The notes below the pieces were generated by a model. The model was not told the origin of the DNA and searched no databases. It worked only from the letters and a program-made list of their open reading frames with translations. A stretch of DNA of 64,000 nt, from NCBI GenBank assembly GCA_963847705.1, contig CAWKBC010000032.1, positions 256,001 to 320,000 of the forward strand, written 5' to 3'. Every line of letters begins with the position of its first letter. The first letter of the stretch is position 1. This document shows positions 43,866 to 53,017 of this stretch, in pieces. This DNA is from an uncultured Pseudomonadota bacterium. Its GTDB lineage: Bacteria > Myxococcota_A > Polyangia > Fen-1088. Position numbers and translations under genes: made by a program.

Positions 43866-45019
43866 CTCGGCGGGAAGCCCATCGAGGCGACGCAGCGGGA
43901 CCAGCTTTCCCCTCGACCCATTGTTCGCGCCGTCGTTCGTGGGACTCCATATCGAAAGCCGAGCGTGGCCAGACCGTACGCCAGTGGCTCTCCCGGAAGG
44001 GTCACACCGTTGACGAAGAACGGCGCCTGGTGCGCGAACAGCGCGACGCTGACGCCGAGCCCCCCCTCGATCGACCAGCGCCGCGACAGGGGGAGCGACG
44101 CGGCCAGGTGGAGGCCGGCGCTCACGTCGCCGTGGTCGAATTCGTTGTCGTCGAGCATCTGGGCGTGGGCGCCGAAGCCCCCCATGTGGATCCAGCCGAC
44201 GCCCAGCTCGACGCCGGGCCGAAAGGCGAAACGCCCGCGCGAGAACGGGAGATCGAGGGAGACCGCGACCTCACCAGAATCGCGTTTGTGGAGCACGTTG
44301 GCGGACTCGTCGCTGGCGTCGAGGTCGTGCCAGAAGCGAAGCAACGTGCCGAGGCAGATGGGTCCCAGGGTGACGCAGCCGGAAAGAGACAGGCCCGCCC
44401 AGCCCGAGTCGTCGGAGCCCGCCGCCATCTCGGTCGCCACGAGCAGGGTGACGCCGTGGGTGGCTGGGTGCGCCTCGGAGACCGGTGCGGCCTGCGCGAC
44501 GGCCTCGGGCGCCGGCCCGCGGGGCGCCGCCTGGACCAGCAGCTCCCTGCCGTCTTTTCCGTCTCTGCCGTCGTTCTTGCCTTCGGCCTTGCCGTCGTTC
44601 TTGCCGTCGTCTTTGCCGTCGTCCGCAGCGTCGCGTTCGTCGGACACCGCCTCCGCCCCGGGGAGCAACGGCACCAGGAGGTCGACGCCGGTTCTCGACT
44701 CGATGACCGCGGCGGCGGCGCGTACGTCGCTGACCGTCCGCCGGGTGACGCGGCCGTAGGCGTCGATCATCAACAGCGTCAGGCCCGTCCCTCCTTCGCT
44801 CACCGTCACGTCCTCGGCGACGCATCCCGGAGGCGGCGTCACATGAACTCCGGCCCGGGCAAGCTCAACCGTGATGGCGGTTCGAATCTGCGCCGGACCG
44901 TGCACCAGGACGGCAGGGAGACACTCCGCGGCAGCCCCGGCTCGCCCCGCGAGGCAACCGAGCCCCGCCGCAACGAGCGCCGTCGCCAGGCGGCGGTTTG
45001 GCTGAGCGCTCCACGCCAT
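43628..45019 (-). CDS. Exported protein with C-terminal beta-barrel-like region; apparent stop-codon loss at 43937-43939
   Basis: Signal peptide; amphipathic strands ending LGFRYGVP, then out-of-frame run-on into the sigma gene. Confidence 0.65.
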   Translation of the reverse strand: MAWSAQPNRRLATALVAAGLGCLAGRAGAAAECLPAVLVHGPAQIRTAITVELARAGVHVTPPPGCVAEDVTVSEGGTGLTLLMIDAYGRVTRRTVSDVRAAAAVIESRTGVDLLVPLLPGAEAVSDERDAADDGKDDGKNDGKAEGKNDGRDGKDGRELLVQAAPRGPAPEAVAQAAPVSEAHPATHGVTLLVATEMAAGSDDSGWAGLSLSGCVTLGPICLGTLLRFWHDLDASDESANVLHKRDSGEVAVSLDLPFSRGRFAFRPGVELGVGWIHMGGFGAHAQMLDDNEFDHGDVSAGLHLAASLPLSRRWSIEGGLGVSVALFAHQAPFFVNGVTLPGEPLAYGLATLGFRYGVPRTTARTMGRGESWSRCVASMGFPPRCRTRLSWPPARSATAQRSARSTIGSRLTCGDSSLAWRAASSRSWRISFRRRSSRFTPPRRPSRERPWFAPGSSPSRPT

Positions 45020-45117
45020 GTTCCTTTGGTGCCCGCGGCGACGAAATCCTTCACGGTCGCGCGAAAATTTCGCCCGGCGGCGAAGAATGACGCACCGACG
45101 GCAACCAAGTCAGCATC

Positions 45118-45560
45118 ATGAGCGCCCAGCCCAACCGTCGGTGCGTCCTCCAGGTCATCGGCTCCTCCGCGGGGCTGGTCGTGGTGGGGGGCCTCGCCTC
45201 CTGCCAGCAGACCGGCTCCCCCCGACCGGTCCGGTCAGCGGTGGCAACGTCTCCGCGCTCCAGGTCGGCGCGCTGCTGCTGATGTCCAACATCGCCGTGG
45301 GCCTCGATGGCCAGGGGGTCTACGCCATGTCGGCCATCTGCACCCACGCAGGATGTTTCCTGGACGATGGAGCGAAGACGATCGCCGCGGGCCTCGACTG
45401 CCCCTGCCACGGCTCCACGTTCGACGGCAACGGCGCCGTGACCAACGGGCCCGCCCGCGATCCGTTGCAGCACTATCTCGTCACGATCGCCGCCGACGGT
45501 TCGATCACCGTGGACGGCAGCCAACCGGTCAGCGCCAGCGCGCGCACCGCCCTGCCCTAG
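45118..45560 (+). CDS. Rieske 2Fe-2S protein with Tat/lipoprotein signal; apparent frameshift in C6 run 45218-45223
   Basis: CTHAGC and CPCHGS motifs; NRRCVL..LASC signal lies in a different frame. Confidence 0.85.
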
Positions 45561-45609
45561 CGAGCGTTCGCCGTGACGAACGCCGGCCGAGGGCGGACGA
45601 GCTCCACGA

Positions 45610-47649
45610 TCACGGCCCGAGCTCGACCTTCAGCTCGTAGGGATCGTCGAGCCCTTGCAGCGGCTGGGCCTTCACGTCGACGCCCGGGGGGAGCTTGCGG
45701 GCGATCCCGATCAGCACCGGCGTTCCGGCGTGGGCCTCGACCGCGAACTCTTCGGACCCGCCCGCGCCGCGCCTGTCGATCGGCCGCTTCCCCGCAGGAT
45801 CGCGCATCAACACGAGGTCGACGCCCGACGGCGCACTGACCGATCCGGTCAACGCGCCGTCGTGGTCGACGGTGATCGCGAACCAGTCCTGGTCGTCGGC
45901 GCGTCCCAGGTAGCCACGCAGGCGCCCTGGCGCCCGCAGCGGCGTCGCCGCCGCCGGCCAGTCGTTGGGCTCGCTCTCCCACCCGGCTTGCGGCGGACCC
46001 CAGCGCACCGTCAGCGTGTAGGGATCGGCCGCCTCCTCGCTCGGCTTCGTCCCCTGGATCCAGACCTCGCGCACGGCCAGGTAGGATTCGCCCGGGCCGA
46101 TGGTGGTCGGCTGCAGCCATTCGCCCCAACCCCGTCCGTGCTCGTCGCTCTTGGCGAGGCGGCGCCCCTCGGCATCGTAGATCTCGAGCACCAGATCGAC
46201 GTTGGGGATCCCTTCCAGCCGCGCGTCGACCGCCCGGAGGCCCTTGCCGGCCGGGACCCGAAAGTAGTCGACGTCGCCATGACCGTCGGCGTTCAGCTTT
46301 CCGATCGTCCCCCGCAGCGGGGCCCCCAGCGGGAGCAGGTTGGCGTATCCCGGCGTGTTGTTGGGCTCGCGCTCGACGAGCTCGGCGCGCTCACCGCCGA
46401 AGCGGGCCCACAGCGCCACCGCGCCGCCCAGCACCGCAGCCGCGGCCAGCGGCAACAAGAAGCGGGTCATCAGGCGGCGGCGCCGCAGCCCTCCTTCGTA
46501 GTCGTCGACGTCGGACCTCCTCAACCGATCGCCGTAGCCGACGATGTCGGAGTCGTCGATCGGGACGGTCAGAGCGTCGGCGCGGCTGAGGGGAACCGGA
46601 TCGCGCTCGGCCGGTGACGGCGGCGGCGCCAGCGGTGGCGAGGATGACGGTGACGACGACGACGAGAACGCACGCGCGCCCGCGCCGGTCTCGCTCAGCG
46701 CGCGCTCGAGATCGTCGCGCATCTCCAGCGCCGAGGCGTAGCGATCCGACGCCGCTTTCTCCATCGCGCGCAGCACGATCCGATCCGCCTCCGGGGGGAG
46801 AGCCCGCTCGGGCGCGCGCGCACACGGGGGGACCACCTCGTCGGTGAGATGCTTGGCCAGCACGCTCATCGGCGACGGCGCGTCGAACGGCGTCACGCCG
46901 GTCAACACCCGGTAGAGCGTGGCGCCCACGCTGTAGAGATCGGCGCGCGCGTCGAGCGGCTCGCCGCGCACCTGCTCTGGCGCCATGTAGTAGGGCGTCC
47001 CGATCACCTGGCCGCCCGAGCTGACCGACGAACGATCGGAGTCGGTCGCGCGCTCGCGCAGCTTGGCCAGACCGAAGTCGAGGATCTTGACGTGCTCCGA
47101 GCCGTCGCGGCGCTTCACCACCATCAAGTTCTCGGGCTTGAGATCGCGGTGCACGATCCCCGCCTCGTGGGCCTCGACGAGGCCAGCGCAGACCTGCACG
47201 AAGAGGCGCGCCGCCCGCCCGAAGGTCCAGGGCCCCTCGCGCCGGATGAGCGCGGAGAGATCCTCGCCGTTGATGTACTCCATGACAAGGTAGAGGGCGC
47301 CGTCGCTCTGGCCGAAGTCGAAGGTCTGCACGATGTTCGGGTGGTCGAGCTTGCTGACCGCCTGCGCCTCGTTGCGAAAGCGCCGCACCATCTCGGGCTG
47401 CGCGGCGCCGTCGGGGGTCAGCACCTTCATGGCCGCCTTCTTGCCGAGGTGAAGGTGCTCGACCTGGTAGACGACGCCCATGCCGCCCGAACCGAGGCGC
47501 GACACCACCCGGTAGCGGCGCTCGACCACCCGTCCGATCCAGGGATCGCGCTCCTCGGGCACGTCGCCCGGCTCGGCCGGCGCGCCGCAGCTGCCGCAGA
47601 AGCGCGCGCCGGGATCGAGGCTCGCCGAACAGCGTTCGCAGGCAGCCAT
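45610..47649 (-). CDS. Ser/Thr protein kinase (zinc ribbon-kinase-TM-extracellular PPC-like domains)
   Basis: GSGGMG, AMK, HRDLKPEN, DFG, GTPYYMAPE; EREPN/ESEPND..DxD PPC-like repeats. Confidence 0.95.
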   Translation of the reverse strand: MAACERCSASLDPGARFCGSCGAPAEPGDVPEERDPWIGRVVERRYRVVSRLGSGGMGVVYQVEHLHLGKKAAMKVLTPDGAAQPEMVRRFRNEAQAVSKLDHPNIVQTFDFGQSDGALYLVMEYINGEDLSALIRREGPWTFGRAARLFVQVCAGLVEAHEAGIVHRDLKPENLMVVKRRDGSEHVKILDFGLAKLRERATDSDRSSVSSGGQVIGTPYYMAPEQVRGEPLDARADLYSVGATLYRVLTGVTPFDAPSPMSVLAKHLTDEVVPPCARAPERALPPEADRIVLRAMEKAASDRYASALEMRDDLERALSETGAGARAFSSSSSPSSSPPLAPPPSPAERDPVPLSRADALTVPIDDSDIVGYGDRLRRSDVDDYEGGLRRRRLMTRFLLPLAAAAVLGGAVALWARFGGERAELVEREPNNTPGYANLLPLGAPLRGTIGKLNADGHGDVDYFRVPAGKGLRAVDARLEGIPNVDLVLEIYDAEGRRLAKSDEHGRGWGEWLQPTTIGPGESYLAVREVWIQGTKPSEEAADPYTLTVRWGPPQAGWESEPNDWPAAATPLRAPGRLRGYLGRADDQDWFAITVDHDGALTGSVSAPSGVDLVLMRDPAGKRPIDRRGAGGSEEFAVEAHAGTPVLIGIARKLPPGVDVKAQPLQGLDDPYELKVELGP

Positions 47650-47729
47650 CGGCTCAGCCTACTCGCCCGGCGGCGGACCCGCCAAATCGGTGCAAGCTCG
47701 GTGATCGACCCCACTCGGCGCTGCGGGCG

Positions 47730-50072
47730 CTACTGGACGGCGGCGGCCTGGCGCGGACTCCCGCCCTGATGACCGACGTCGTCGAGAAACGCGGCGGTCC
47801 AGGCCAGCGCGGCGTTCCAGTTGATCGCCACCTCGTTGGTGGAGTACGACTCGATGTTGTCGACGTAGCAGGTCTCGGGCGGGCAGCCGCCGAGACCCAG
47901 CTTACGGATGTAGGGATCTTGCAGCGCGGAGTTGGGGCCGCCGGCGACCGCCCCCGGCGGCGCCTCGGGGAGCGCCGGATCCTTCTGGTGGGCCCAGACG
48001 CGGTGGTGGGGGTTGTGCATCGCGTAGGTGCCGTACCCGGAGACGTAGCTCTGCGCCAGCGGGTTGCGCCCGAGGATGTAGTCCATGCAATCGGCCACGC
48101 CGCCGGCGTACTTGCGGTCCCTGGTCAGGTCGTAAGCGATGCCCAGGACCACCGCCGCGTTCAGCACGCCGCCGTTCGAACCCCAGACGTAGACGCTGTC
48201 CGACGCCATCGGAACGCGGTAACCGCGCGTGCCGATGAGCGCCAGCAGGTGATCGGCGGCGGCGAGGATCTGGCGTCGCTGCTCGGCGAGCGCGTCGTCC
48301 CCCAGGGCGTTGGGAGCGACCAGCAGGCTGATCTTTCCCAGCGGCGCGACGTGATCCCAGCCGACGTTCCCCGCCATCACCGCCGCGCCCGTCTTCGGCG
48401 CATGGAAGCGCGACTGGACGAGCTCGCCCCGGTACTCGGGCTTCCCGGTGGTGATGAAGAGCTCCGCCGCCGCCCAGTAGAACTCGTCCCCCAGCTCGCC
48501 GTCGCCGTAGGCGCCGCCGCCCGGGGTGTCGTGCTCGGCGTGCACGGCCGGATTTCGCTTGGCGGCGGCGAAGGCGGTCTCCGCGGCGGTGAGGCAGCGC
48601 GCCGAGAAGGCGGGATCCAGCTTTCGCCACAGGCGCGCCGCCTGCGCGGCCGCGGCCGCCAGGTTCAAGGTCGCCGCGGTGCTGACCGGGCGCAGGTGGC
48701 GCTTGATGTCGTCGTGCGCGGGCGAGGTGGGAATGTTGGACCACCTGTCTCCGTGAACCTTCTGATGAACCATCCCGGCCATCGGCTGTCCCGCCGGCAC
48801 CTGCAACCGCAGGAAGAGATCGAGCCCCCAGCGCGCTTCGTCGAGCAGGTCGGGGCGCCCGTTCGTCGACTCGGGGATCTTCATCTTCCCGTCGCCGAAG
48901 GCGGCCGCCGTCGTGCCGAAGCGGGCGAGCGTCTCGTATTCGTTCTGCAGCAGCCAGACGGAGAAGCCGCCGTTGACCACGTACTTGCCGTGATCGCCGG
49001 CGTCGTACCAGCCGCCGCTGGCGTCCAGCGAATAGCTGCAGGGGCTCTCCGGCGCGCAGCCGACGCTCTTGTCACCGAGGTGGCCGGCCGCGCGCTCGAA
49101 GGCGGGCGAGCCCGCGTAGGGCATCTTGATGGGGATGCCGCTGCGCTGAAGGTAAAAGAACGCCAGCGCGTCGTACTTCAACCGCCGGTAGACGTCGGCG
49201 CCGATGGCGAACGGAACGCTCTCGTCGTTGCCCACGCGCAGCTTGTAGCCGGCGCCGATCGCGGTGACCGCGGAGAAATCGATCTGCTGGACCCGCTCGC
49301 CCGAGGAGTGGTCGTCGCCGAACGGGCGTGTCTTCCCGCTGGCGCGCAGGCGGCCGTGGGCGTCGACCAGCTGCCAATCGCCAGGCGCGTCCGTGCCCTC
49401 CGCGCGCGTCACCACCGTCGCGATCTTGGGCAGTCCCGGCAGGTAGCCGACCTGATTGACGCGCACCTGGGGGAGCGCCCGCGGATTCAGGCGTTCGACC
49501 GGCAGCTCCGCCCGCGGGTCATTGAGCTCGACGTCGTCGAGGCAGACGGTCAGCGGCACCGCGCCGGCCAGCGCGCCGCCCAGATCGATGGCCAGCTCGG
49601 TGTTCTCCTCGTCGACGGCGCCGTCGAACGTGGCCGCGAAGCTGCGCGCCTCGGGCGCCGCCTCGGCCGTCCCGGCCCACAGCTCGGTGTAGGGCGCGTT
49701 GATCTTGCTGAGCCGCACCCGCAGGCGCGTCGGCTTGGTGGCGTGCGCCGCAAACCGCAGCTGATAATGATGCCCGCGCGCGAGGGCGAGCGGCCGCTGT
49801 CGGACCACCACGCTGGCGGCGCTCGGCCCTGGGTGATCGATCTGGACGCACAGCTCGTGGTTCGTGACCGCGGCCCGTCCCGTGTCGGGCGAATCGAGGC
49901 CCACGTTCCAGGGGCGCAGCGTCGCGCTGTCGAACGCGCCGTTCCAGAGCATGTTCTTGCCCACGGCCCTGGAAGGACCGACCGTCATCGCGGTTTCCGC
50001 TCCGGCTGTGGCAGGGAGCAGCGAAACGAGGAGTGAGAGGGAAAGAAGGAGGGCGGACGTCGTGATTCGCAT
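47730..50072 (-). CDS. Glycoside hydrolase family 9 endoglucanase (CBM4-Ig-GH9)
   Basis: VRVNQVGY, GGWYDAGDHGKY, DYILGRN, PHHR, YVDNIESYSTNEVAINWNA. Confidence 0.95.
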   Translation of the reverse strand: MRITTSALLLSLSLLVSLLPATAGAETAMTVGPSRAVGKNMLWNGAFDSATLRPWNVGLDSPDTGRAAVTNHELCVQIDHPGPSAASVVVRQRPLALARGHHYQLRFAAHATKPTRLRVRLSKINAPYTELWAGTAEAAPEARSFAATFDGAVDEENTELAIDLGGALAGAVPLTVCLDDVELNDPRAELPVERLNPRALPQVRVNQVGYLPGLPKIATVVTRAEGTDAPGDWQLVDAHGRLRASGKTRPFGDDHSSGERVQQIDFSAVTAIGAGYKLRVGNDESVPFAIGADVYRRLKYDALAFFYLQRSGIPIKMPYAGSPAFERAAGHLGDKSVGCAPESPCSYSLDASGGWYDAGDHGKYVVNGGFSVWLLQNEYETLARFGTTAAAFGDGKMKIPESTNGRPDLLDEARWGLDLFLRLQVPAGQPMAGMVHQKVHGDRWSNIPTSPAHDDIKRHLRPVSTAATLNLAAAAAQAARLWRKLDPAFSARCLTAAETAFAAAKRNPAVHAEHDTPGGGAYGDGELGDEFYWAAAELFITTGKPEYRGELVQSRFHAPKTGAAVMAGNVGWDHVAPLGKISLLVAPNALGDDALAEQRRQILAAADHLLALIGTRGYRVPMASDSVYVWGSNGGVLNAAVVLGIAYDLTRDRKYAGGVADCMDYILGRNPLAQSYVSGYGTYAMHNPHHRVWAHQKDPALPEAPPGAVAGGPNSALQDPYIRKLGLGGCPPETCYVDNIESYSTNEVAINWNAALAWTAAFLDDVGHQGGSPRQAAAVQ

Positions 50073-50281
50073 GGGGTCTCCGCAGCGCGCAGGAGCAAGG
50101 CGCGCGCCAGAGGCCAAGGGCGAGACGGGGCTTCTTGTCGCTCGTTGCTCGCCCGAAACAGCGTTCGAAGTCGTCCGCGGACGTCCAGACCGGACGTCCG
50201 CGCCGTCGACGGACGGAGGCCCCCAAGCTCCCACCTCGCGGGGCTTCTGCCAAAGAGCGCGTGAGCGACAACTGGGGGTAG

Positions 50282-50309
50282 CTGTTGCGCAGCAAGCGTT
50301 GCGCAACAG
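50282..50309. promoter_or_regulatory. Inverted repeat (possible operator) between divergent GH9 and DUF1501-type genes
   Basis: CTGTTGCGCA-N8-TGCGCAACAG, perfect 10-bp arms. Confidence 0.45.
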
Positions 50310-50514
50310 GCGTTGCGGCGCCGATCGGCGCCTCTCGACATTCATCGAAGTTTTTCGCGAGAAATAACGCTGAAAGTCGCTCGCGACATGAGCTTGTCCG
50401 GGAAGGGACCGCTACTGCACACCCGCAGGGTTTTGGATCCTCTCGTGTGACGGGCTTCCTCCTGCGGAGTCTTCCCAATCATGAGCGCCGCCGCTCGAGC
50501 CCCTCGGAGGGAAC

Positions 50515-53004
50515 ATGCTGACCAACGAATTCAGGCGAACGAGCCTCGCCTTCGCTGCCCCGCTCGTGGCCTCCCTCGTTGCCCTTCTCGGATACGGTTG
50601 CTCGGGCAAGATCGGCGGAGGTGAAACGGGCACCGGCAACTCCACCGGCACCGGCACCGGCACCGGCGGTTCGTCCAGAGGCACCGGCAGCTCTTCCGGC
50701 ACCGGCAATTCCTCCGGAAAGGGCACTGGCAGCTCCTCGGGCACCGGAACCGGCAACGCGTCGGGCAGCGGGACCGGAGGTTCGTCCAGCACGGGCGCGG
50801 GAGGGACGACGACCATCACCCCCGACGCCGGCAGCAACGCCGACGCGGGCGGCGTGACGGTCGCTCCGACGACGTTCACGCCTGCCCTGGCCGCCCCCAC
50901 CTGCCGCAAGATCAAGGACCTGCTGGTCGGCATGCCCTGCTCCGACGCGGAGGTGAGCACCGTCGAGACGATGGGACCGGCGGGCCTGCAGCAGCTGATC
51001 ATCTCCTGGGAGACCGGCTCGACTTACCAGCCGCTCTTCCAGGGGAAAATGATCCCGTTCTTCCGCAACCTGTTCCAGCAGGTCGGGTTCACGCCGACGG
51101 ATGACTTCAAGCCGCAGCTGCTCGAGAACGGCGGGTTCGACTTCGGGCCGCTCGGGACGGGCGCGGTCGGCGACGACGTCTACTTCAAGCTGGTGAAGAA
51201 CCTGCAGGACAGCTTCGCGCTGACCGCCTGGCAGATGGTCAAGGAGGGGACGGAGCCGTTCTCCGACGTGCTCACGACCAAGCGGTTCGTGATGACCACC
51301 GGCCTCCTGAGCCTCTACACGCAGATCGAGATGCCGGACGACGAGCCCTACAACTTCAGCGGCGGGGCCAACACCACCACCAAGCTGCAGTGGAAGCTCG
51401 ACTACGTGAACACGATCCCCTTGACCGATTCGCTCAATCCGCAGAGCCCCAACTACATGACCTTCGACGACGAGAAGCCGACCTCGTCGAGCGGCTTCCT
51501 GCTGCAGCCGACCTGCCAGGGGGTTGGCGACATGGTCGGCACCGCCAAGACGGTGGTGACCTTCGGCGGCGCCAGCAGCGGCGGCTTCAGCAACCCGACC
51601 GGCGGCTACGCGCAGCTGTTCCAGCGCCTCATCGGCTACACACCCCGCTACCCGTTCCTGGGACAGCCGGACTGCTGGGAGCACCCGTCGAAGCCGTACA
51701 TGACCGACGCCGATGTCGCCGACTGGCGCTGGGTGACCATCGCGCCCAAGGCGAGCAGCGACGCCTACGTGCAGCCGTACGATCTGCCGACGCTGCGAAC
51801 GCTGACCACGGTGAAGCTGGCGATGCCCCGGATCGGCTTCTACACCACGCCGGCCTTTCTCGCGCTCTGGAACACCAACGACAGCAACCAGCACCGGGTG
51901 ACGATGAACCAGACGTTGATGGCGGCGCTGGGGCAGTCGTTCACCAGCGACAACAACCTCACGCCGCTCAGCGAGGTGGGCCTGGCCTCCTCGCACACGA
52001 CGACGTCGGGTGAGTGCTACGGCTGCCACAAGAGCCTCGACCCGATGCGGATGTTCTTCGGCAACCAGTACGACTTCAACGACCGCAACGACTTCGTGGC
52101 CAATCCGTTCAGCGGCTCGCAGCCGAACCCGCGCCCGGCGGCGCCGCTGCAGGCGGCGTTCGCCTTCGGCGACGTGAACTGGGCCAGCCCCTCGGCGGGG
52201 ACCAGCATGACCGACCTGGGACCGCTGCTGTTGCAGGTGACGGATCAGGACACCACCGACGCCAGCGGTCCCCTGCCGCTGTTCGCGCTCTCGGTCGCCC
52301 AGCAACTCTGCTTCTGGGCCAACTCCAACGCCTGCTCCCCCGGCGACCCGATGTTTCGCGGCGTCGTGGCCGACTTCGTGAGCAGCAATTACAACTTCCC
52401 GTCTCTGGTCAAAGAGCTGTTCTCGTCGGCGCTGGTCACCGGCGCGGCGGCCACCGCCACCTACCCCGCCGACTCCAGCGGCAACGAGACCGTCCCCATC
52501 AGCATCTCGCGCCAGGCCCACTTCTGCGCGGCGCTGTCGAACCGGATGGGCGTCAGCGACGTCTGCGCGCTGCAGGTGGCGGTGCCGACCTCGGCCCAGT
52601 CGACCACGCTGACCATCGCCGGCAGCGTGGCCGCCGACGCCTTCAGCCGCGGCTCGCAGACGCCGGTCACCCCGGCCTACCCCGATCTCTTCTACCGCGC
52701 GGCGACCGAGGAGCTCTGCGAGAACGTGGCCAAGCTGGTGGTCGACGTGACCGGCGGGCCCTACACCAGCAGCACCACCAGCTGCGCGAACGGCGACGGT
52801 CTTCTGACGAAGCTCGTCGAGCAGGTCATGGGGCTCAACCCGGGCGACCCGGCCCACGGCCAGGCGCTCAGCATTCTCGAGACCCACTGCGCCGCCGCCG
52901 CCAAGGCGAAGACGACCGGCGGCGGGTCGGCCCAGACGAACGCCGTCCGTTCGACGTTCGTCCTGGCCTGCGAGTCCCCCTCCTCCCTCGGAATCGGTCT
53001 TTAA
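50515..53004 (+). CDS. Lipoprotein with Gly/Ser/Thr linker and one CxxCH motif (DUF1588-like cytochrome domain)
   Basis: GGAGG SD; LGYGC lipobox; H...CYGCHKSLDP. Confidence 0.7.
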   Translation: MLTNEFRRTSLAFAAPLVASLVALLGYGCSGKIGGGETGTGNSTGTGTGTGGSSRGTGSSSGTGNSSGKGTGSSSGTGTGNASGSGTGGSSSTGAGGTTTITPDAGSNADAGGVTVAPTTFTPALAAPTCRKIKDLLVGMPCSDAEVSTVETMGPAGLQQLIISWETGSTYQPLFQGKMIPFFRNLFQQVGFTPTDDFKPQLLENGGFDFGPLGTGAVGDDVYFKLVKNLQDSFALTAWQMVKEGTEPFSDVLTTKRFVMTTGLLSLYTQIEMPDDEPYNFSGGANTTTKLQWKLDYVNTIPLTDSLNPQSPNYMTFDDEKPTSSSGFLLQPTCQGVGDMVGTAKTVVTFGGASSGGFSNPTGGYAQLFQRLIGYTPRYPFLGQPDCWEHPSKPYMTDADVADWRWVTIAPKASSDAYVQPYDLPTLRTLTTVKLAMPRIGFYTTPAFLALWNTNDSNQHRVTMNQTLMAALGQSFTSDNNLTPLSEVGLASSHTTTSGECYGCHKSLDPMRMFFGNQYDFNDRNDFVANPFSGSQPNPRPAAPLQAAFAFGDVNWASPSAGTSMTDLGPLLLQVTDQDTTDASGPLPLFALSVAQQLCFWANSNACSPGDPMFRGVVADFVSSNYNFPSLVKELFSSALVTGAAATATYPADSSGNETVPISISRQAHFCAALSNRMGVSDVCALQVAVPTSAQSTTLTIAGSVAADAFSRGSQTPVTPAYPDLFYRAATEELCENVAKLVVDVTGGPYTSSTTSCANGDGLLTKLVEQVMGLNPGDPAHGQALSILETHCAAAAKAKTTGGGSAQTNAVRSTFVLACESPSSLGIGL

Positions 53005-53017
53005 AGGAGCCTGCCCC

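Noticed and set aside
44545-44625. 12-bp DGK-type microrepeat (also TTEV repeats near 36030-36070 and a 21-bp duplication near 38459-38500)
   Set aside because: In-frame low-complexity linker expansions with no sign of a separate function
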